From NCBI GenBank assembly GCA_051294905.1, contig CM119379.1, positions 20,646,001-20,710,000 of the forward strand: a stretch of DNA of 64,000 nt, written 5' to 3'. Both the position numbers and the translations under genes were made by a program. The notes under the pieces are model-generated. The model saw nothing but the letters and a program-made list of their open reading frames with translations. It ran no database searches and was not told where the DNA came from. Positions 1-12,600 of this stretch are shown here, piece after piece. Source of the stretch: Botryllus schlosseri (taxonomy: Eukaryota). The stretch's first letter is position 1. Each line of letters begins with the position of its first letter.

Positions 1-403
1 AACATCGTGACGCTGATGGTAATCAACGTTTCTCGTCCGTCTTTATCTGATAAGATAGGGGTTCTTAAAGTGGGGTCTGTGAAAGGCAAACATTGAGTAA
101 CAAATATAAACTACGCTACATTGTCCTATATTTATAAGATATGTCCTTATTTTTGACTGCATTGACAGTGACAGGGGTTGGTCTGTATTGTTGACTTTTT
201 TATTCGCTACGTATCTCTTCAACTAGTCAATATCTCAATGAGGCACCATTGGCGAAAGTGATGACCCTATTTTTCTGTTATTTTAGTTATCATGTCGCTT
301 GAATTGATGAGTTAATTTTTGTGGAGAATTTCACAAATTTCGGGGCGATCCACGCGACTACTACTGGGGGTCCGCTCTGAAAAAAGTTCCTTACGGTTTG
401 CAG

Positions 404-625
404 ATGAAGACGGTTGGGAAAAAGTGTCGTCGCGCGGCAAGCAGGGGAAGAAGTCTTTGAAGGATCACGCTGTCGTCGATAATACGAAAACTGTGAAATC
501 TCTGTCTGATCAGACTCTCGCCGACACCGGTAGGTTCGAGCCTCAGGATCAGTCATCACCGACCCAGGCGAATAGAACGGCGAAACAACAGAATTATTCG
601 GGAATCGTCGTTGAACGGTTCATGG
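404..625 (+). CDS. SCAPER: SCAPER exon (DEDGWEKVSSRGK...VERFM), phase 1-1
   Basis: Acceptor tttgcag at 397-403, donor GTGAGT at 626; DGWExV motif. Confidence 0.85.
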
Positions 626-3600
626 GTGAGTTGAAGTTTTGTTCTGCGTACTCGAGTCTCATTGTTACAGGACGCGGTCGGCTGGTCTGTACTGGAGTAC
701 TTTAACGGAGCACTCTAGTAAGTTTTGCCTACTTGGACCAGGGTTGTAATGACTCGAGTCACGACTCATCTCAAGTTTTCGTTGACTCGACTTGAGTCGC
801 GTCATATCATCAATTTGTGTATTGACTCGACTTGTACTCGATTGATTGCGCACGACTCGACCAAGTCGTTTGGCTCGAGGCGTTCGATATGGTTTGTTCA
901 AGTCTCGTATCTCAGGACCGATAATTCAAGAATAGGCGATAGGCCCGTAAACTGTGTTTTGTCTGTTTGAATAATCATGTTTAGAGTGAGAATAGTATAG
1001 GGCGAGGCTTTCGAAATCACCCAAGAGTACTGAACAGTAAATACTATGACTTGGACTCGAGTCTTAACACTATGACTCGGACTCTACCCGTTGCTCCTAG
1101 ACTTGGTGGTGAATTGAAAATGACTCGACTTGGCTCGAGTCAAAACTATAAAAGTTAGATTTACTTATGACTTGGGACCTTGTGACTTGGTTACAACCCT
1201 TACTTGCACTTCTTCAGTAGCAATTATTTTGGAATACTTTTTCTAGTACAGTTTATTCGGCAAAACTGGATCTAGAATTCTTGACTTTCACTTACTTGGA
1301 AGTGCTACTACTACTGTTACTTGCGTGGATATTTACATCATTGCTTCTACTTCTTCTTGAGCGCCGACAATGAGTACTTTGACCATCTCGGATTGTTACC
1401 CACATTAGGTCGTTTCAAGACTGCAACAGCCTTTGTGGGACTTGGCATTTTCTTGAGGCGGTCAAATGTACAACGCCTGCATCGTAGGATGTGCCAGACC
1501 TGACCAGCACCGATTGGCCAATGGTCTTTTCGCTTGACATACCAATACATGGAATGCTTCGCTGTAACACGAGTGCTGCGCAGAAACTAGTTTTGCTTGT
1601 GAATAGTTGTAGAAGTGTCGCGCATAGAACTTTTTATCTCACATTGCGATTTCTTTGCTTTTCGTAGGAATGTACGGCAGCAATCCCTACCCCGTAACCA
1701 GTAAGAGTGCAACTGTCATCAGCAAAGGTATCATCGAAAGACCCGGAACCAGTAAGGGTAAAGACCTCACGCTGCAAACATTGGACGATGTCGAAGCGGA
1801 ATTCTTCAAAGCCGGTATTTGGAGATGCTAGAGATAGGTTTACTGTCGCGTGGTCAAGATTTTTTTTAGATGCATAGTTTCGATATGCGCTTGACCCGTT
1901 TTTGACTCTTCCCGGGCTATGTCGTTTCATTGCTGGGACAAAAAGTACATAACACTTCACCCAAGTTTTGTGTTTTCTTGTGGATAAATCTATCATGTTT
2001 TGGTCTTGTACATAGAAAATTTGCGAGTACAGCAACTCCGATAGTCTTTATCGGCCTTGGAAATCTGACTGATCCCGCTTCTATTGTTAAGATGACGCTG
2101 TCGGGTCCGAAGACGAAGACAACGGCGTCTTGGGATCCATGGACGTAAGTTATTTCAGCGTTACCACTTGAAAATGACCGTATTGTATCGCGTCAGATAT
2201 ACGTGCACGTACGGAAGATATTTACGAAAGTGTTTGTTCTGAACTTGATACATGTCACCTAACGTCCGGACTTGGAGAACTAGAGAATTCTAGCCGTCCT
2301 ATCAGACTATTTAAAATCTCATGCTAATGCAAAAGAACTCAGAATTGATATGAACAAAACTTGATCTTTGTTGTATTTCCGCTACGAATTCAGTAATTCT
2401 ATCCAATTAGAAAAATGGTGTAGCTATAATTCTGATCTAATTTGGAAAAGATGAAAATTTTCTTGTCCAACACGCAACCATCTCATTTTTCAGTCGGATT
2501 CTCAAGCTAATGCGGCGTTGCGGGAGCACGACGCGTCGATAGCGGCCGCGGAACAGGAGGAACAGCAATTGATGAAAGAGATCGAGGCGGAAGAGAACGC
2601 TCCGTGCGACACCGATTCCGAGACGACGATCGACGCGGACATGGTATTTCTTTTCTGCGTTACCCAGTTTGCCGCCGCGATTTTTTGAATTCGCAACAAT
2701 TCGTTCATGGCGGCGTACCTTATGAGGGCTAGTCTGTTTGATTATAGATTTTCACTGCCAATCGCTGGTTGATCATTGACTTTTCTCAGGCGGAGATCTG
2801 CGACATCGGTTGATCACCCCCGCAATTTAAACTAGAGTTTGCTCAGTACTTGAAGGATTCGATTTTGAGTAGGATATCAGGCTTCTAGTTGAGTATTCGA
2901 TGTCACTTGTTATAATTTTGTAAAGAGTATGAATGATGTGGAAATTCCAAACGTACACCTTTTATGCGACTACAAAAAATCGGGCAAGGTCTACACCGCA
3001 TTGAATATGATTTGATATTTTTTCCGGTCATACCTATTTCATTTCGCTCTGTGACAATGTGGAGGGATGATCACGAATTCACAAATATGCCATTTCCGCT
3101 AACAAGCGTAGCTTTGTACGACATTTTTTGTATGGTATGATACAACGACCGAGGTTTCAAGGCTTCCACGGTGGGAAAATAATATCGAAACTGGAATTAT
3201 CGTAGATAAATGAACTCTTAGTTGGAAAGGGGTTTGTAATTTCAGTACTTCAGCCCTAGTACCGACAAAGTCAGACACCTTCATTTGTGTCCAGGCGGGC
3301 TCTTCGAGCGCCAGCATTACTCCGCGGGACAGCCAGGACTGGAACGTGATCATGGCTCGGTTCGAATCCGAGCAGGAGCGACACAAGGGTTTGTCGTGGG
3401 GCGACATAACAGAAGAGGACGAAGTCAGGGAGCCGGGAAGGGCCGTTCAGATGCACGAGAAGCTGTCGTCGCCCTCCAGGAGAAGGTAGATCTTGATGGC
3501 ACGATCATATTCTGCGGCCGTGCTTTTCAACCTTTGGGTTGTACTCATTTGTGCGGATGACAAATGTGGTGTGGATGAAAATTGTGCATATGTTTTACTT

Positions 3601-6600
3601 TATCTGACGTGAAATCATTTAGATAAACCTAACAGAATATTAAATACAGTGGCTCCCTAACCTTTGTCGTTGCGATGCATTTGTAAATACAGTCTCACAG
3701 CAGGAGTGAATTATTATTTGCGCATGAGTATCAAGTAATCATAAATCGGGTTCGAAACCGGGTCTAAAGATCTAGCCATCGAGATACTAGAAGTCCTCTT
3801 ACAAAACCCAACAACTTATTTAATCGAAAAGGGCTTATGTGCACTAATCGACTTCGAAACAAGGAAAAATATTTGTCTTTACGAGACCCTCGATGGCCTA
3901 ATGCGGGGGGGGGGTTTGGAGCCTGAAATTGTGCCTAACTGGTCTGAAATTGCACTTGGTCATTTCATTTTGTGTACTAATTTTCGGTTGGTTTGTGCGC
4001 ATGGAAAAAGTTGAAAAGCACTGTACTATGGTATTATGCAAAGACGGTCAGCAATGAATTATTACTTTTTCTGAGTGCTAAAGAAAGATGTGTATTTACA
4101 CAAGTATTATTTCTGCTTACGTTTTCTGAAGCAAGACCGCTTGCTTTTTTGCGCTTTGAATGGAATCCGTATGCAGCAAGTGATGATAAAAAGGCCGAGT
4201 ATCATCTTCGGAAATGATAACAACACCTACAGCGATATTTATTCTGATGCTGCACGGTAGCTGTATTGCTACCGGTCTTTTTATATGTTTTTTTTTTTGT
4301 TGTGGCAAGTGATGAAAACAGGCCGAGTTTGATCCGCGGATGTGATGCGATCAGCACGAGCGATTCGGATTTTCTGATGCCGTCGTTTGAAATTCGATGG
4401 TATTTGCAAAGGGATAGGTAGTTCTGTCATATTGTGTGCCCGGTGCCTTTTTACACCAGCATTGCCTGTAATACGGAACTAGGCCAAAACAACTTTATCC
4501 TAATCAATGTCCAAAGAGTGAAAGGCTGGTAGTTTTGCCTAGAAGTGGAAGTCTTCTGAAAGTAGGCAAAATCTACTGTACCACCTTGATAAAAGTAGAA
4601 TTACGGTACTTCGTTACTGACCATACCACCTCTGGTTAAGATTCGCTGTAAAACGGCAAATACTCTTTGTTTTAAGCCGTGAAATTCACATTATCAGTTG
4701 TTTATTATTTGGTGGTCTTATTCTCTCACCGAAGGCCGAGGTTGATCAGTAGGCTCTCCAATTTCTTACTCTGGACTTGTTGTTTTTGTAGGACTCCCGC
4801 AGAGTCGAAAAGGAAAATGGAGGAAAAGCAACGTTCAGCCACTTTGCGTCGTCAGAAGATGGTCCGTGATAAGACGGAGAGAATCGGCTACCTGACCGTG
4901 CGCGTGGCCGATGTTAGAAGGCTTAAGGACGATCTCATCATGGGACGGACGGAACTCCTGAAAGAGCTTCATATGGTACTGACTTTGCCCTGGTTTTGAT
5001 TTTGTTGTAGACGTCATCAGTAATGAAGAACTTGCACTTTACCATGGTACTTGGTAGTTTTTACTTGTTTTACTCTAAATCGAATAGTTTTGTTTGTATA
5101 CTACTTCTACTGCGATGTTTTTTGATGCTGCATTAAATTTATCACTCCTTTATCAAGTTCAGCATTTTTTTATTGTCCCTGCCCTAAAATCGGTTATCAG
5201 TAACAAAGTACCTTATACCTTATCCCAGTACTCGAGTAAGTTTTATCCACTTTTTGCACTTACTCCGGTAGTCTTGTTCGTATGTTACAGGGATACTCAA
5301 CTCGGATACAAAAGTTTGAGATTTGGTTAGGTGCATTATAACTGTCGTGAAATAATTTACAGTCAAACAAATTTTTTAAGGTATAATTATATGCAATATA
5401 CGGTACAGTTGTATTCGCAAGACCAATAAGGAAACGTGTTTATTGTTCTGTTAGTCAAATCAATGTCAATGGATTTAGTTTTATTTATAAAAAAAGAAGG
5501 AAATACTGAGACAGATAGACCTTGATCCAACGCTCAAAAGGTCCGCCAGTTGAGTGTCCATGGTATACTGCACTATTTCAACAGTGTTTTGATGCTGAAA
5601 TAAATTCATCGCCCCCTTATCGACATATCTTTACCCCAGGAAAAACTACAGCGCGCTGAGCAGCAGCGCGCCTTGAAACTGATGAAGATCGTTCGCAAGG
5701 CGCAGGCCGAGGAGACCAAGGTCAACGAGATTCTGTTCATCAATGAGCTGCAGGAGCAGAACAAGCGGCACGATGTGCTAAGCAGGATTCTGGAGCACGA
5801 CGCCAGGCTGCAGGAGATCCAGCAGGAGAGGTCGAAGATGTTCGAGGTCAAGGCGGCCAAGGAGGAGAATGCCAAGGTAGTTAAATCAGTGTCACAGTGC
5901 TAGACCGTTTTGGTCATAGGGATTACGACACACTATACCTGGCCACTATGTTGGTCACTGGTCAGGAATGGAATACATCTGCTGTGGTCAGGTCATTTCG
6001 CCCACAAGTTCTCATTGCCGGAAATTCGTTTGCAGGAAAGGCGACGCCTAATCGAAAAGGAGCGGCAAGACCGACTCAGCGAATTGATCAACAAACGCAA
6101 GGAGCACGATTCCAGGATCGAGCAATTGAAGCAAGAGAGAGAAAAGGAGAGGGAGAAGCAGGCCAGAGAAAAAGAAAGGTGAGGTTCGCTGTAGACACTT
6201 TGTCTGGGATCCTGATCCCGGAAATCGTACACCGTGAAAGGATGTATGCGCTTTTTTCAACTGGAATGCAGGCCCTGTAGACAGTAACTTCTGCTAAAAT
6301 GGTGTATGGATGTTGATTTGCGGGCTTTGTTTCAGTTTGTGTTCTTGTCGCGAATTTATGTGCTGTGTTCTGAACGATTCGAGATTTTGGAATACGGCAG
6401 AGCTGGTAAATTGTCCCTGCTTACTCATGCATTGACATCGTCGCAATGTTTGGCAATCGATTCCTATTTATTATGCAGCTTTCATTTTGTACTGCTATTT
6501 CACAGGGATCGTAAAACAAGACTGTCTGCACTTAACGCGGCCCAGCAGGAAGCTGTCGAAGAATTGCAAAAGAAAATCCAGACCAAGGTACGAGAATTAT

Positions 6601-9600
6601 ATCCTGTTCCTTTATCCACCAACGTTTTTTTGGTGTCGGTAGATTGCGCTGATTACCATGGGCCGGTTTCTTCAACGTACAAGCTGTGTGGCAAATGATG
6701 ATATAAAGGCCGATTGTATCTTCGGATATGAAATCAAAAACCTGAAGCGAAATATCCTGATGCCACTTTGTTGTGTTATGTCCTTGACGGGACGTGGTCC
6801 TTAACAAAGTTCATTAGTACTCGCCGATAGGTGGGTTTTTTCAGCGTTAAAGCTGTGTGGCAAATGATGATATAAAGGCCGATTGTATCTTCGGATATGA
6901 AATCAAACACCTGAAGCGAAATATACTGATGCCACTTTACTCTCTTACGCCCTCAACAGGACGCGGTCGTTCACAAGCTTTTTTAGTACTCGCATGACTT
7001 ACTCTAGCTGTAGAACCTGTGTGGCTATGTTTTAAAGTATTATTTGAACAAATAGGTTTTTGAGACAGTGTGGTTATTTTTATATGACTGTCTAATGTGA
7101 GTGTGTGTGATGCAAATTAATTTCTGACATTGCCCGGAAGCGGTTTTGTTACAGGGGCCTCGTGATATTATACTGTTACACTAGGGTTACTTTATTTATA
7201 AGAGGACACTTTTTCAAAATTTTCAGACTTATAATACTGGAGTGAATTCCTGAATGAATGGTAAATTTCTCCCGACCTTGTGGTCGCTTGACTAAATAAA
7301 AGGTCATCTTTGCTGCTTGAATCCGGATTTACCAGCTTTCTATGAGATGTTTCGTTGGTTGACTAAAACAAATGTCATTTTCCTGGCTGAAGTCCCGAAA
7401 AACCCGTCAGTCCGTTACTTGGCCGCTGATTTCCTGTATCGCAGTCCAATTTCCACGTACATTTAACCAGGATTCTCAAAAAAAGAGGACATTGAGTTGT
7501 CCTCCGCGGACACTTTCAAAAAGGACGTATGGTAAACCTATGTTATACTAACACATTTCTAGACGCAGAATATCAGAGATCAGTAATTAGTAGCCTGAAA
7601 TTGTCAAATTTAACCAAGTTTGTTATCTACAGCATGACGAAAGTGAACGGCGTCACCAGGAGCAATTGGAGCAACGGAAAGAAAAAGCTTTGGAGCTGTC
7701 TCTTGGCCGATTTTCTCTGTCGTCAAGCGGCAACATGCAGCCAGGCGATTTACAGAACACCATCTCGGAAGGGGATAAGGCGACTAGGAACAACTCGGCA
7801 AGCGCTCAATTAGATCTGGCATCACTGCAGAGAGAGTAAGTCACTTTTCGTGGTGTTTCTAGCTATAGGAATCCTGTATATGTGGTTTTTTTTGCCAGGG
7901 AGGACCGGGACAATGGTAAAGGCGACGCGACGAGCCTCAATAAATCAATGGTATCCGAAAACACCATTATTTCCCCGCGAAACGTACCTTCTGCGGAAGA
8001 AAAGCGAGTACGTTTTCTAGCGATAGGGGGAATCTATACAGTTACACGAGCGCAACGCCCAGCGGGGGTCCAAGTTTTCATAGTTGATACTCAAGTAGAA
8101 GTAGATGTGACGTCGTAAATTTCTACCCGAGCACGAGTAAAAGTGCAGATTCCTGAGCAAGTGAAAAAGTGGGCATTCTAGGCCTAGTTTAGCCAAAAAT
8201 ACTAAATACGAAAGTACCTGTCACTGACACCATGGATTGTAAAATTGCTGCGTGGCTGCCTTTTTGTCTGTAACTCTGTTACGACTGTGCCGAGACTACT
8301 AACTTTTGTACGGTATGTAGTTTGTAAAGGAGACATGGTTTTCCGATGGATGTTCCATCACTTTTTGGAATGCAATTATCTTGACAACCGATACAGATAG
8401 CCCCTGTATCGTGGCCGCTGAGTATATTTTCGAAAGCTGCACCTGATTACATTGCCGTTTGTCATGTTGCATTACTCGCGGTGACATCTTTTGAGTTAAA
8501 AAGTAGGCAGCCTCAGGCATACTACTAGGAGTATGAACTATTTACTTAATGCATGTCTTTACCCTTACTTTCTTACTCTTTGGAATCGCTACTTCTAATC
8601 TACTCTAATAGTAATTCTGGCTACATTTACTTAGTTCGTGCTTGTGTTCCGTGTTCCCAGTGGCATTCGTTTGCAGCAAGTGATGATAAAAAGGCCGAGT
8701 ATTATCTTCGGATATGGTAACAACACCCATAGCGATATTTATTCTGATGCTGCTCAGTGGCTGTATTGTCGCATTAAGGCTAGCGATCCGATGAGGGTTG
8801 CTGACGTAGGTCTGCACTGTCTCCACTGTATAGATGCGTCTCCCCCGTTTTCAATTTCGGCATTTTGAAGTCTTATGCATGGGGACTGGAGTGGTGATCG
8901 ATGCTCCATTGCTCAGCTGTAACGTGTTACATGTCTACAGCCGGATAATTCTAGTTTTCGAATTGGACTAATCATAGCGGAATCCCGGTAATCCAATGCT
9001 AATCTGATTTGTGAATTATTTCTATGCTCCAATTTTTTTTTGATATAATGTGTGGTTTTCCTGAAAACGCTACAGAAGAACTATATAGTGCGGAACGAGC
9101 CAAGCTTGCTGTGCAGACATTTGCCATTCTCGTGCTTATGAGAGATTTGATATGAACTGAACTTTATTCAATTTCTTAGTTTTCGAGAATTTAGTAATTT
9201 TAATTCCTATCTGATACGGAAAAAACTGTGTAGCTATAATTCTAATTGTAATCCAAAATGAATAAAAACTGTAGCTATCATTCAATTCTAGGCTAATTTG
9301 GGAATAACTGTGTAGCTATATTCCTATTTCTACCGTTATGCTGGAGAATTCCCGAACGCATATAGACTGATGATAAAATGCCCTTGTTCGCACGCGGTGT
9401 TCGGCCTTCAACGTGCTGGTATTGATTTTCGTACACGGCAACACGGCACGGGAAAGGAAAATACCCTGTCAGTCCTTACGAGATTGCGAATCGCTGGATT
9501 AGCGGCGAAATGTTCGAGGTTATTTCCGTCGCCGTAACCATAGGGCGATAAACCCCCCTGAAAAATTTTGTTTGTCACAGGTTTTTCAAGTTTCCATTTA

Positions 9601-12600
9601 TCTCGTTGGTCACAAGTTCATTCGGCGTGTCGGCTTGACAGTTAATGAACTCGACACTTGGTGGTCCCTAATCCTAGTGTAGCCTACCTTGAAACGTCGC
9701 TCTGGCTGTAGCCTATCCCCGAACCTATCCCCAACCCCCAACCCGACCACATTAATACTTACGTACCGAGTGCGCCAGACTTGGCCAATTAGAAGATCAT
9801 CAGCTTTTCCAAATTAGATTAGAATTAACATCACAGCTACAAAGTTTTTTCCCGAATTAGAGTATTATTAGAATTATAACTACACAGTTTTTTCCAAGTT
9901 AGAATTATTGAGTTCGCGAAAACTTCAAGATTGAATCAACTTACGTTCATATCGAATCCTAGTTCTTTCATGAACACGAGAATAGCAAATGTCTGTACAC
10001 AGCAAGCTTGGCCCTTTTCGTGCTGTACAGTTCTGTAGTATTTACAGGAAAACCAGTAATTCGTTTAGAATTAGCATTAACGCATAGAAATATTTCACAA
10101 ATTAGATTATATTTAGATTATCGGCATTTCGCTCTAATCAGTCCAACTACACAACTGGAATGATGTAGTTGTCCCAAGTCGGCAAGTGCCGAATTCACCA
10201 AATGCCGTATATCAGAATTCACGCTCATATTCAGGGTAACATTTAGTTTCGGAAGTATTCATGCAATATAGATGCATCGCTTTCATAATAATATTAATAA
10301 GTATTTATTACATTTCTATTGCCAAATTCATCGAGTGGCGAATTCAACAAGTGCCGTATATCAATTCACGCTCATAATCAGGGAAATGTTCATTTTCCAA
10401 TATTTTTCTACTACATGGATGCATCACTTTCATAATAGCAATAATAGTTATTACATTTCTAATGCCGAATTCACCAAGTGCCGAATTGACTGGTAACTAT
10501 CTCGCGAGACTTGCACAACCACGGTGATACATCAATAGTCGATAGATAACACTCAATAGTGGCCTTGTTGCGTTCGCGAATCTAGCCGAACTCGTGTTTT
10601 CGAAGGCGGCGAAGGAAAAGGAAGCGCAGATAACGGAGAGGAAGAGAGCCATGAAGAAACGCGCGAAGAAGCTGAAGACTAGAATGACGACGAGGTGCGT
10701 TGCTATTGTCACGTCATGCGCGGTAATGCTATGCGTCGCGCGTTATCTGGCGTGATTTTTATCTATGGCGAGGTTTTCCCTGAATACAGTTTTAATTACC
10801 AATGGACTATGGCCGATCTGAATGGCTTGCGGTAGTTCAAATGCTGCTATGTATATTATATCAAGGGAAACGACTTTCTCGGTATTAGCTCCTGCACATG
10901 ATAATCGAGATCCTGCCGTAAAATCCGACACAGACCCGTTCAGCTTCAAACACGCCCGCTTTCAGTTTTGGGAAGATCTATAGGAAACCTTGCTCTGTAC
11001 TTCCTCGAAAACACGAACTAGTACGCTTCTATTCCGCAGAGGCCGCGAGTTTTTGAAAGCGCTGGACGAAAAATCGACTTCGATGTCCGCTTCAAAGAGC
11101 AAGTACGTTTCAATGTCCCGTTTTCTTTAGCCTTCTCGGTGAATCGCGAGCGCCGTGTGTTGCAGGGTGGCGCGTCTCGTGAAGGATATCGGCCGGAAAC
11201 TGACGTCACAGAAGGAGGCCAGCGGCCCGTGGCCCGCGAATCGTGCGGCCGCGCTAGACCGCTCTCTCGGAGAATTGATCAGACTGCTCGAAAAGAAGGT
11301 AGATTTTTATATCGGGTATTACATCACAAACTACAATACAGAGATAGATAATTTTAGTTGTAGTTCTAATTCTACTCTGCTGGCAACACAGCGCTAAACG
11401 CAGCGCGTGCGCGCGATGTGGCAAATGATGATATAAAGGCCGATTGCATCTTCGGATATGATATTACCAAACCGAAGCGAAACAACCTGATGCCGCACTT
11501 TCGCCATTTTAATGTGACAAGTATCACCGCGGTAATGGCTGGCAATGCCGTGTTTCCGAGATCGGTAATTCACGTGTTCTACGAGATATCTGAGCGTCAA
11601 AAGACTTGTGTATGTTCGTGCTGTGCTGATCGTATACTGAAAATAAATGGTTAGATTTCACGGAAACTCATCCTTAGAGTGTACTGGAATCATTCTTTAT
11701 TTATATGCGTGATATGATAGAATGGCGCGCCGTGGCGCCTGTCGAGATTTACCTCTTCCCAGAGGCGGTCAGTGACAAAAGTACTTGAGCCTTTCCGGAT
11801 TGCCGAAGTATGTTTTCCTGCGTGCGCTGCTTCAGGGGTTGTGTTTTAGGCCGCTACCACAGTTTTTGAGCAGAATAACTTACTTTTCGCGATATCGATT
11901 TTGAGAAGTAGAACGCTGTTTTGGGATAAGTCTGCAACACTTCAACGGGAGAAATTATCAAAGGAGCCGCGCGAAATAGCCGGCGGTAACTTGATATATT
12001 TTCAGAAGACTCTACCGATGTTATGTATCCATTAGTCACTTCGCGTCGGTCGCGTGAATACAACTTCGGAAGTAGCCAAGTCTTTTTTAAACTACGTACT
12101 CGGGGCATTTTGAGACCCTTGATATTCTACGTCCACTTGTAGTAGTCTTGACTTGTCTTGAAATTGCAAATTTCGATTGTAATTGAGTAACAATTTACGA
12201 CAGCAACGCTGACTACTTCGACAATGACCGCGTCTTGCGAATTACCGGTATTGCGTTGCATCCGATATCCTGTTATCTATAGACAGCCAAAAACATAAAG
12301 TCCACAGCCCCTATTTTAAATCTACTCTTTGAAACTAGTTACTTACTTCGAGTGGAAATATAAAATGAAATCAACTAGTTTCAAATAGTAGATTTAATGT
12401 AAATTCCTACTAAATTACGTGTAGAAGTAGCAATTTATGACACTTATTTCGAGTGGAAATATAAAATGAAAGTATCATAAATTGCTTCTTCTACTTGTAA
12501 TTTGGTAGGAATTTACGGCTTTACTTCTACTTGTAATTCAGTAGCGACGCTAACTACCCCCTGACGTGGTAGCGCTCACGTATGCGTTTTCCTATTTCGA

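Noticed and set aside
5888-6008. Possible H/ACA snoRNA in the 159-nt intron (two hairpins, ACACTA, ACA)
   Set aside because: First stem overlaps the H box, ACA is about 10 nt from the second stem, and little room is left for the branch point; too weak without a covariance model.
5606-6260. Minus-strand ORFs 5606-5875, 5993-6232 and 6048-6260 (also 2502-2708, 10497-10712, 29076-29405)
   Set aside because: Antisense shadows of SCAPER coiled-coil or GC-rich exons.
8275-8325. LCYDCAETTNFCTVCSL as the missing zinc-finger exon
   Set aside because: Bounded by stop codons, no acceptor, no His ligands.
4173-11496. The repeated ~80-bp units as a CRISPR-like array or MITE
   Set aside because: Eukaryotic intronic context, irregular spacing, no unique spacers or TSDs; box C/D architecture and U2 complementarity explain the conservation.
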